Source: Octopus bimaculoides (taxonomy: Eukaryota). Taken from it: a stretch of DNA of 32,568 nt. This document shows positions 23,110 through 32,568 of this stretch, piece by piece. The translations under genes were made by a program, and so were the position numbers. How positions within the stretch are numbered: position 1 is the first letter of the stretch; every line of letters starts with the position of its first letter. The stretch is taken from contig NC_068981.1 in assembly GCF_001194135.2 (NCBI RefSeq), positions 108,856,011 through 108,888,578 of the forward strand, given 5' to 3'. Below the pieces are notes generated by a model, which was given only the letters and a program-made list of their open reading frames with translations, did not search any database and was not told the DNA's origin.

Positions 23110-23310
23110 TTATAATTCTGTCTAATTTTGGCTCAAGGCTAGCAACTTTGAGGATAGTGGGGCGCTGATGTAATCGTCCCACTGCTAAACTGGTGCTTAT
23201 TTTATCGACTTCGAAAGGATGAATGGCAAAGTCGACCTCAGAAGTATTTGAATATAGAATGTGAAGAACCGGAAGAAATGCTGCTAATCATTTTATCCGG
23301 TTCTGCCAGA
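23110..23310 (-). mobile_element. SINE family B, diverged copy
   Basis: Reverse complement reads GGCAGAACCGGATAAAATG...TTCAAATACTTCTGAGGTCGACTTTGCCATTCATCCTTTCGAAGTCGATAAAATAAGCACCAG...CAAAGTTGCTAGCCTTGAGCCAAAATT. Confidence 0.8.
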
Positions 23311-23741
23311 GAAGTGAATGAGTGTTTACAAGGGTACTCTCTCTCTTTTTCTCTCTCTCCGTCTCTCCATAATACCTGTCCCACAAAGCAATGTGAAAAT
23401 ATAATCCAAATTACAAACCTTAAATTGTCATTGTGACTGGGACTAAGGATAACCTTAAAAAGCAACCCCAGAAACAAGGTAACAGGAACAAAACCTAGCA
23501 TCAAACAACTGAAATAAGAAATGACAAAAAAAAACCCCAAAGAAAGCAGAATCTTTTAAACATTTGTTTCTGGCATAATCAATCACTAAACTCTATACAA
23601 CCATACTTCCATTACACAACATAATAACAACTACCAGTGCCATACATCATATAAACACATCAAACTTTTCTCAAAATTAAGCACAAAAGCAAAAATTGTG
23701 GGAAAAAGACAAATCACAATACTCAAGATGCAAACCTTCTA

Positions 23742-23831
23742 TTTAGACCATGAGTATCACTCCATATTTCTTTTAGACCATGAGTATCACTCCATATTTC
23801 TTTTAGACCATGAGTATCACTCCATATTTCT
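23742..23831. repeat. Perfect tandem repeat, 3 x 30 bp (TTTAGACCATGAGTATCACTCCATATTTCT)
   Basis: Three identical contiguous units, no spacers. Confidence 0.97.
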
Positions 23832-24499
23832 ATTATATAACAGTAAAAAATAATAATGAAATAATGAAATGAAAAATAATAAGCAAGATTCTTTAAAGAC
23901 CAACACCTCTGTGGAATTTGAACTAAGGGCAAAAAGACCAATATAAAACGATGTAATACATCATCATTGATTAATACATTCCTATGTAGGCCCCAAAATC
24001 ATTACGAGAAACTATTACCAACAACAATGGTGAAAAAAAGGCACGCTGAATATAATTTGAGTGTACAATTCTCAAAATGAAAGACACATAGTCTCTTGAA
24101 GAGCACTTTCAGTTGCAACAGTACATTCCAACTCTCCAACTCTCTGTGATATGTTCAAATATCTCCAAACACCAAATATCTCCAAACGCCCGATCTCTAT
24201 TACAATTACAATTTCCTCCGAATATAGCTACATATATGCATTCGTACAACGCTGTACTTTATCACAAAACAAGGCGACTATCATATAGAACGTTGAATTA
24301 AATAACTCATTTATCTAACTTATGTATATTCATGTATAGTTGCAAAGAGATTTCCTTTAATCAACCCAGTTATAGTGAGTATATACACACGCACGCGCGC
24401 ATGCAGAGATAGGAGGAGTGAGACAGAGAGGCAGGTAGTGAGAAACCCAACTTTGATATTCATTTAGGTAGGTACTTTAAATCATAATACGGACACATT

Positions 24500-24560
24500 C
24501 TCACACACACATACACACACACACATACACACACATACATACATACATACATACATACAT

Positions 24561-24628
<68 letters not shown>
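24500..24628. repeat. Compound (CA)/(CATA)/(TA) microsatellite
   Basis: Directly visible; immediately precedes a SINE A head. Confidence 0.95.
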
Positions 24629-24629
<1 letters not shown>

Positions 24630-24631
<2 letters not shown>

Positions 24632-25002
24632 CCGGGATGTGGCTGTGTGGTAAGAAGATTACTTCGTAACCACATGGTTTTGTGTTCAGTCTCACAGTGT
24701 GGTACCTTGGGTAAGTGTCTTCTACACTCGGGCCAACCATAGAGTTGTGAGTGGCTTTAGTAGACGGAAACTGAAAGAAGCCCGTGGTATATATATATAT
24801 ATATATATGTGTGTACCACCGATTGACAACCCGTGTTGGTGTGTTTACTTCCTCGTAATTCAGCAGTTCGGCATAGGGCCGATAGAGTAAGTACTTGGCT
24901 TAGAAAAAATATATGTAATAGGGTCGATTCATTCGACTAAAAACTCTTCAAGGCGGTGCCCCAGCATGGCCGCAATCTAATGACTGCAACAAGTAAAAGA
25001 TA
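24630..25002 (+). mobile_element. SINE family A, complete older copy
   Basis: Head TGGCTGTGTGGTAAG, internal short (TA)/(TG) tract, body TTGACAACC..TGGTGTGTTTAC, 3' box GGCGGTGCCCCAGCATGGCCGCA..TGACTG.AACAAGTAAAAGA. Confidence 0.88.
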
Positions 25003-25201
25003 ATAGATAGATAGATAGAGAAAGAGAGAGAGAGAGAGAGAGAGAGGGGGGGATACATACATGCATACATACATAATTATAATTGAGCTTATGTAAGTAT
25101 GTCTACGCTTGTTACCTAAACAGTGCCAACCCTTCCAGTCACCATTCCCAAAACAATTCCTATACCAACTACATCACTGAAGGACTGAGACAGAAAGTGC
25201 A

Positions 25202-25232
<31 letters not shown>

Positions 25233-25320
25233 AGACTTGTTGTATTAATGTTTGGTATATTTTGTTTCATGTAATGTGACATCAATATGTCAGCTAAACT
25301 TTTTGCTGAATAAGACTGTT

Positions 25321-25628
25321 ACTACATGCTCACTAGATTTGCTAGAAATGACAGCTAAATCCCCTGCAAATCACACCTTGAGGTAAAGTATATATTGGAT
25401 AAGAGTTCCTGATATACAAACGGATGGGATGGTCACAAGTGAAATGACTGTGTGTTCGTTTAGAGCTGACTTGAGACTAAATAGTCACTGCCAAGTTTAT
25501 TTCGAACTAGCGAAGTAAACTTCGGGAGAAATTTGGCTGCTAGTTCTAGCATCCAAAATTTTCTCAAATCAAGCCTTACTCTCTTAAATTAGAACGGGTG
25601 CATTGAGCTAAGTAGTCCTATATGTACA
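25321..25628 (-). repeat. Two rearranged copies of unclassified repeat family C
   Basis: 25321-25484 and 25561-25628 read as the family on the minus strand; 25524-25552 is an inverted piece of the same family. Confidence 0.45.
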
Positions 25629-26256
25629 ATAAGATGAACTAATATTTTCTTTATTATATAAACTAAGAGAAAACTCTCCGGTGGGAGGTGTTTCTCTTAG
25701 TGTATCTATTGAGATAGGCATGCACGTATGTGTGTATGTGAATATGTTTTCTATGTAATTGATATATACACGTTTATTATAGATACATACACATACACTT
25801 ATACAACCACATGTGTATGATTATGTGCTTGTATATGCGATAATATTTGGCTGCTTTGCAGATTAAATAGTTAGTACCAACCTGGTTTATATATTTCATC
25901 TTTCTATCTCTTTTCTCCACCTCTCTCTCTCTCCCTCTCTCTCTCCCCCTCTCTCTCTCTCTCTCTCTCTTTCGTGTGCGCGCACTTAATATTTCATTCC
26001 ATCTTATACTCCTTCTCTAACTATTCTTTCACTGTATCTCTTAGAACGAGAAAGAGTGTGAGAGACAGAGAGAGATAAAGAAGAGGAGTTTGTGTCTGTA
26101 GGGTGTGTGTATGGATGCCTGCGTGTACCTTTGTAGCGTTTTCCTTCCATCTAAATCATGCGCTATATGTCTTTCACGCATGCAGTTACAGACGTACATA
26201 AAGAGAATGTGAGCAAAGGGTGAAGAGAAAGAAAAGAAAAGAGAAGAAAGAAAGGA

Positions 26257-26289
<33 letters not shown>

Positions 26290-26612
26290 AGAATTATTAT
26301 TCCCATGCATCGAAGAGAAAAAAGGTGCACAGCTGTTTTATATATTTAGCAAATTGGTTGCCACTCGTTTTTATCAAGGTGTTCTAAGGCTAACACAACG
26401 CCTCCTACCATCGAAGTAAACTAAAGAAAGAAAAGAAAAACTAAATGAAACTAGATAACTATTAGAAAAAAAAACCTTTGCTTGCAAATATAAAAAAAAA
26501 ATGAAACGGGGAAAGTTATTAAGATGAAATGAGATGTCAGAGACCTCAGAATGACTGTATTCTCCCGCAGAGAAAGTGAAATATTTCCTCCTTGCACTTT
26601 GAGAATACTCAC

Positions 26613-26691
26613 CTAAATAACCCTACCTTCAATTAAGTCCCAATGGATATTTTAAAATCCATAAGTGAAGGAGAAGATAAATGTGTTTCTC
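26613..26691 (-). other. Candidate 79-bp non-coding exon
   Basis: Minus strand: long polypyrimidine tract TCTCTTTCTCTTTATTTCTCTCTGTCAG|G and canonical donor TTAG|GTGAGTA. Stop codons in all three frames. Confidence 0.4.
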
Positions 26692-26789
26692 CTGACAGAG
26701 AGAAATAAAGAGAAAGAGAATACGATGTCTAGGTTTCATCTTACATAAACCTAGGAACGTGAACAGGCATACCTGCATTTGTGATGTGT

Positions 26790-27626
26790 ATGCGTGTGTG
26801 TGTGTGTGCTGTTTGTGTGTATGTGTTTGTATATATGTATGCATGTATATATGCAAATATGCTTACATCTATATACGTATATATATATATATATATATNN
26901 NNNNNNNNNNNNNNNNNNNNNNNNNNNNNNNNNNNNNNNNNNNNNNNNNNNNNNNNNNNNNNNNNNNNNNNNNNNNNNNNNNNNNNNNNNNNNNNNNNNN
27001 NNNNNNNNNNNNNNNNNNNNNNNNNNNNNNNNNNNNNNNNNNNNNNNNNNNNNNNNNNNNNNNNNNNNNNNNNNNNNNNNNNNNNNNNNNNNNNNNNNNN
27101 NNNNNNNNNNNNNNNNNNNNNNNNNNNNNNNNNNNNNNNNNNNNNNNNNNNNNNNNNNNNNNNNNNNNNNNNNNNNNNNNNNNNNNNNNNNNNNNNNNNN
27201 NNNNNNNNNNNNNNNNNNNNNNNNNNNNNNNNNNNNNNNNNNNNNNNNNNNNNNNNNNNNNNNNNNNNNNNNNNNNNNNNNNNNNNNNNNNNNNNNNNNN
27301 NNNNNNNNNNNNNNNNNNNNNNNNNNNNNNNNNNNNNNNNNNNNNNNNNNNNNNNNNNNNNNNNNNNNNNNNNNNNNNNNNNNNNNNNNNNNNNNNNNNN
27401 NNNNNNNNNNNNNNNNNNNNNNNNNNNNNNNNNNNNNNNNNNNNNNNNNNNNNNNNNNNNNNNNNNNNNNNNNNNNNNNNNNNNNNNNNNNNNNNNNNNN
27501 NNNNNNNNNNNNNNNNNNNNNNNNNNNNNNNNNNNNNNNNNNNNNNNNNNNNNNNNNNNNNNNNNNNNNNNNNNNNNNNNNNNNNNNNNNNNNNNNNNNN
27601 NNNNNNNNNNNNNNNNNNNNNNNNNN

Positions 27627-27690
<64 letters not shown>
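26790..27690. repeat. (TG)/(TA)/(CA) microsatellites flanking a 728-N gap (26899-27626)
   Basis: Directly visible. Confidence 0.95.
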
Positions 27691-27692
<2 letters not shown>

Positions 27693-28920
27693 TCATTCAA
27701 CTTCCGTCAAACTGGGAAAAGTATTGAACTTGTTATACTACTGGTTTTTATCAAGCCGTGAGTAGAAAATAAATGATCGGTCTAACACGTTTCTAATTTT
27801 GTGAGATCTTTATTAAAAAAAAAAAAAAAGAATATCTGTTTATTTAGACAGGGCATGCAAATTAGATTGATCAATTTTTCTGAGTCTGAGTTTGTATACT
27901 ATATAAATTGTTAAAGCTACTAATCTTTTTCTGGTCAAAACACGAGCATCCTTCCTGCGCTAAAAGTGTAACGAGACCAGTCCGATTGATGCTAATTTTT
28001 TTCTCTCTACAGAAACATTAAACTAATGGTGAAAACACTTTGTTCGCTGTCTTTACACGAGGCTAAAAATTCATGTATATTGAAAATGGCTATAGATTTT
28101 AAATTATTCCAATTCGTTCTGCAATATTAATTATGCATTAAAACATATTCTTATACTTTGATGCATTTACGATAATGATACTACATAATAATATATGCAT
28201 AAACGGAGATTTACTACCAAGCTACTCTGGTAAAATAATCATAAACAGTGATTTACATCTGATTAGATAGAATCACTTGAATTCATCACATTTATTAGCA
28301 TAATTAATTTCAGTGAACTCTAATATAGAATCCAAAAGTCGACATCGGCAAAAATTGTACTGAAAGCTGGAGGATGCCAATGTAGATACTGCAAAATATA
28401 TTGCATGATACAGTAGAGTTTGTGCCAAGTTTATTATTCTTCCGTATGTTAAAATAGCAACATGGTACCATACAGATATGTTTTGATATGAACATGGAAA
28501 AACATACATATGACAAGATACACTTCGTAAGAAATAACTCAAAGTGAAATAAGTATGTGTTAACATAGTAAAATAACAATAAGGTAAAAGATACGTCTTA
28601 AGAAGCAGAAATATTGCGATATAGTAAAATATGTATTTCCTCTAGGTTGGAGTGTAGGTGGATTGAGCCAGAAGCTTGTGCGAAGATAATTTCCTGTCGT
28701 GAAACTAAGTGCATTGTTTTATATATATATATATATAGAGTTATTAATATTTCTAAGTCTCTCTAAAGGAGACTACGGCAGCGGTACTGGAAATTAATAG
28801 TTATCGCCAAGCCAACATGGCAGTCCCAAAATTAGGACGAAAGCTGCCGTGAATTAGCTCCAAGAAGCCATCGCCTCTAGCTAGCTATGTGACACACGAA
28901 CCTGTGTCCTTTATAACCTT

Positions 28921-29200
28921 CGAACATATATGTATATATATTGTATTATATATTGTATTATATATATTGTATTATATATAATAATGTACATATAATATTA
29001 TATGTATTNNNNNNNNNNAATACATATAATATTATATGTACATTATTATATATAATACAATATATATAATACAATATATATACATATATAATAATATATA
29101 ATATTATATATAATATAATATATATACATATATAATAATATATGATATTATATATACATATGATATAATATATACATAATTATAATACAATCTCTGATTG
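28921..29200. repeat. AT-rich low-complexity region with perfect inverted repeat around a 10-N gap (29009-29018)
   Basis: 28947-29008 is the exact reverse complement of 29019-29080. Confidence 0.9.
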
Positions 29201-29234
29201 TATACATACATATATGCATGTGTGTGTGTGTGTG

Positions 29235-30118
29235 GTGTGTCGCCATTTTATATTTTTAATTTCGCGTATGTGTATTGTTTGTTTTTGATTTTGTCGACTA
29301 TACAGTATAATAGGCTCAGTTGGATACTGCCTGTGAGAGAAACAGCACCATGATGCAATTCAGTCTGTCAGAAATTTGGAAGCGACATGCTGTACTACTT
29401 GGCATTCGCGCCGGAAGCTCGAGTACAAACAGATGGTAAAATCACAGAACAACCGTTGACTTGCCGTGTCCACGAATATGTACCGAAAGTGATAAAAATC
29501 AAACATCCACTCAACATTATAGCGTTTGGAGTGGTCACTAGTAAATGGTGACGTTATACTTCCATTAATCTCCCCACACAGCCTCAGACTCAACACGGAG
29601 GCCTACATCAAGTGCCTGGAGGAGGTAGTGCTGCCCTGGATCAAGAGAGTGGCTGCTCGAAGACCCTATGACAGGCAACAGGACTCTGCACCATGCCACA
29701 CAAGCGGGAGAACCCAGTAATGGCTGTCAGACTATTTCTGCGACAACATCCCCCTAACATCTGGTCACCTAACTCCCCAGACTGCAACCCCCTTGATTAT
29801 TATGTGTGGGGCGCAGTTGAGCGAGAGACCAACAAAACTCCTTGTAACACCGAAGATGAACTGAAAGCAAGGATTATGGCAGTATTCAATAACTTAAACA
29901 AGGAGACCGCCCAGAAGATTTGCAGGAGATTCCGAAGTCATATGGCGGCCAAGTTTGAAGCCAATGGCGATTTTATTGAATAAATTTACTCTTTACTATT
30001 TCAAGATGTAATTTTGTAATTTTGGTAAATTAATTATGTAATTTTGGTAAATATATCTGTTAAAATGAGATGTTAGTGTTATTTTCATTTTTGCGTAATA
30101 TAATCATCGCACCCTCTA
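29235..30118 (+). mobile_element. Internally deleted Tc1/mariner-superfamily transposon, DD37D (maT-type) transposase pseudogene
   Basis: N-terminus MMQFSLSEIWKRHAVLLGIRAG joined directly to QMVKSQNNR. Then QQDSAPCH and WSPNSPDCNPLDYYVWGAVE with 37 residues between the two Asp after restoring a 1-nt deletion at about 29751. C-terminus ANGDFIE*. Right end CATCGCACCCTC followed by TA; left end eroded. Confidence 0.85.
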
Positions 30119-30204
30119 TATAGATAGATAGGTGTATGTATATACATATATGAATATGTATATATAAAGATACATACATATATATTTATATATATATATA
30201 TATA

Positions 30205-30820
30205 CATACACTGTTGGCGATCTGTGTCGTAAAAAATACTTAGTGGTATATATTCTGCCTTTATGTTGTTAAGGTTATTTCTACGGAAATTATAGCCAGC
30301 ACTGATTTTTTGCTACTACATTCGTATCGAGACGTTAGTGCTGGCTATAATTTCTATAGAAATAACCTTAACAAAATAATGTAAAGAGCACTGCTAACGC
30401 AGTAGGACGTGGTGGTGACTTATAAAAACATTTAATATACTTTATAGTGTATTATGGTTGCATAACGAAACACTGCGTGTCTACAAGTCATTAGTCTGCC
30501 TTAATGTTATGAGTTCTTCCCTGCCTCTCGTTCATTAGACCCCTCCCTCAAATATTTTCAGGCTTTCTGCCTATATGAAAAAGGGCTACTATAATTTTCT
30601 CTTAGGCAGAATCCTTGGAATCGCGTCGACAAAATGTGTGTCGGTATTTCTTCGAGTTCTTTACATTCTGAGTTCAACTTCCGCCGGAGTTATCTTTGCC
30701 TTTCATCATTTTGACGTCTATAAGATAAATACCATTCGAGTTACTGCGGTCGATGTAATTGACTAAACCCTCCTCTCAAAATTGCTAGACTTGTGCCAAG
30801 ATTTGAAAGAATTATTATAA
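30205..30820 (+). mobile_element. Cluster of three SINE family B pieces (head 30205-30265, deleted copy about 30455-30580, full copy about 30600-30820)
   Basis: The last copy has GGCAGAATC...TTCTGAGTTCAACTTCCGCCGGAGTTATCTTTGCCTTTCATC...GATAAATACCA...GGTCGATGTAATTGACT..CCCTCC..CAAAATTGCTAGACTTGTGCCAAGATTTGAAAG; the first two are more degenerate. Confidence 0.7.
30266..30374. repeat. 38-bp inverted repeat (2 mismatches) with 33-nt spacer
   Basis: TTGTTAAGGTTATTTCTACGGAAATTATAGCCAGCACT (30266-30303) versus AGTGCTGGCTATAATTTCTATAGAAATAACCTTAACAA (30337-30374). Confidence 0.95.
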
Positions 30821-31219
30821 TTATTTTATACACAAGTAACACTGTGACACATTTCTTTCATCAAATGTTAAAACATTTACACATCTTAAGGCAGTATTTC
30901 TCTCTTCCTCGTCGCCGAGCAATCTTTAATGTAAACAAAGAAAAAAGTTTCACATTTTTCTGGCCCACGAAGTAGCACGCTTTAACTTCTTTTCTTCTGT
31001 TATACTCGCAGCCCTCCCCCATCTCTCGCTCTCCACTGAGATGCGGCCATGTCTGAAGCGATTGTTTGTTTTACTATTTTTTGAGTTCTTCCTTTCCAAC
31101 GTTTTATTTATATTATATACTCTTCCTATATCTACGATGAAGTGGTTTCTGCTTCCCTCTACAGTTCGCTATTCATTGCTCTGGTATTCCTCTCACATCT
31201 TGTAACATCCAAGAATATA

Positions 31220-31863
31220 CAAGGTGTGTTCAGAAAGTACCCGACCATTTTTCCTTGCAAAACTAATGTCGCGTGGACAAAATCCTTTGAGTGGGAAGTG
31301 ATGTCACCCTCGTGTGCATACGGGAAAATTTTTGCGCATGTAGGCTCAACCTACAAGCCGAAATGAAGAGCCGATTAAGAAGTTTCAGCGAATAGCCATG
31401 GAAGACCGTCGTGTAACAATCCAGGAAATTGTTCACGAAATGGGAAGTACATGCTCAGTGCATTCCGTTTTAACGGAGGATTTATGCAAGCGGAGAGTAT
31501 CGGCGAAACTCATCCCCATGGTGCTAGAGGAGCGGCAGAAGCAAATCCACATGAAAATCGCTCAAGACATGCTGAAATGTGCAAACCACGATCCAGATTT
31601 CATGAGGACCATCATTACTGGTGATGAGACATAGGTTTATGATTTCTGCTCGATACGTTAAATCATCTTGCGTGTAAGCAAAAATCCGACGAGTGCGCAC
31701 TATACGACTGTGCTCTAGGCGTAACAGCCAATAACTGACTGGCGTGAAAATTTCCACACATTCGCATAAAGGGTAGTGTCACCTCCCGCCCAAAGGATTT
31801 TGCCCACGCGACATTAGATTTGACGCGAAAAGTAAAAGCGGATACTTTTTTTAACGCACCTCG
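31220..31863 (+). mobile_element. Non-autonomous mariner derivative (644 bp) with about 115-bp inverted arms and TA target-site duplication
   Basis: TA|CAAGGTGTGTTCAGAAAGTA...TACTTTTTTTAACGCACCTCG|TA. Internal transposase fragment MEDRRVTIQEI...RRVSAKLIPMVL...FMRTIITGDET*VY contains the second HTH, the WVP-like linker and the first catalytic Asp. Confidence 0.88.
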
Positions 31864-32568
31864 TAGTTGTCTAGCTGCAAAATCGTATCTCACATCAACT
31901 GTGAGTACTTTACACTGCTATCCATGTGCAACAAAGAGCCTGCATTTTAGGCACTTCATGTCATATACCAACTTCAAATTATCTTCCTAGGGCATCCTCA
32001 ATTCGACAATGAGGTCATTTTTGATACGAAAGGCATAGCCTTGCGTATAAATATGGGCGGGGAAATTGCTATTGCAATATGAAGGGGAGAAAACAGGCAT
32101 GTGGCCATCATTCAGTTATCTGTTAGCCACTATTTTTGCATTACTTCTCGCATTCACGTGGAAAACAACTAAGTGCATCTTCAGATTGTTTCTTATCACA
32201 ACGATGTGGCTGAATGACATTTTTTAGTAAATTAAGATAATTAAATCTTAGTTATTTTGTCAAGTATTTCCTTCCAGGTACAGATTGCATTCTGTGAGAA
32301 CATGCTTCAATAAAGAATAGCTTCCATTTCATTTTGATGACAATTAGTCGTATCTTTGCTCCACCCCCAACCTTTTTAGGATTAACCTTGAATTTAAAAC
32401 ATAGCATTGTTTTTGTTGCACGTTCTTCTCTTATGGTCGTATGTATCCGAAGAAGGCGGCGAATTTCAAATTGACATAATGCATGCGTTGTTCGATTAAC
32501 TGGAGCCGCCTGAAATAGCCGTAATGCACTAATATCTTATCATCCTTGTTACTTATATATATATATAT

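Noticed and set aside
23742-23831. CRISPR array
   Set aside because: The 30-bp repeats are contiguous with no spacers, there are no cas genes, and the context is eukaryotic.
23450-24300. Penelope-like or LINE remnant suggested by strong A/C strand skew
   Set aside because: Only vague peptide resemblance (EEHFQLQQYIPTLQL); no RT or endonuclease motif found.
26741-27765. Long ORFs of 275-326 aa (also those over the gaps at 5.6, 11.1, 16.9 and 21.4 kb)
   Set aside because: Artefacts of translating N runs.
28774-28851. Annotation as a functional hammerhead ribozyme
   Set aside because: The catalytic CUGAUGA and UH are missing in this copy; kept only as a hypothesis under findings.
28947-29080. 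Perfect 62-bp-arm palindrome as a biological cruciform
   Set aside because: It is centred exactly on a 10-N gap, typical of a contig end duplicated in reverse by the assembler; needs long reads before any claim.

Overview
AT-rich, microsatellite-dense animal genomic DNA with seven N gaps, most likely from an octopus/coleoid cephalopod draft assembly. The taxon is inferred from the SINE families and repeat landscape and is not verified. The only host protein-coding gene supported is an intronless class A GPCR (1503-3101, +) with a histamine H3/muscarinic-like scaffold. Its amine-anchoring Asp3.32 is replaced by Arg and the partner residue 7.43 by Ala, while the activation motifs are intact, so it is a candidate orphan receptor for a non-amine, possibly anionic, ligand. 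The rest is repeats: two tRNA-derived SINE families, a near-full-length dead R4/Dong-clade LINE plus two more same-strand R4/Dong fragments next to trinucleotide arrays, an RTE LINE remnant, a deleted DD37D (maT) transposon, a chimeric mariner built from two inverted 5' ends, and a MITE-like element. Structured-RNA candidates include a hairpin-rich LINE 5' UTR, a degenerate hammerhead-like fold and a 38-bp hairpin. All alignments, translations and folds were done by eye.
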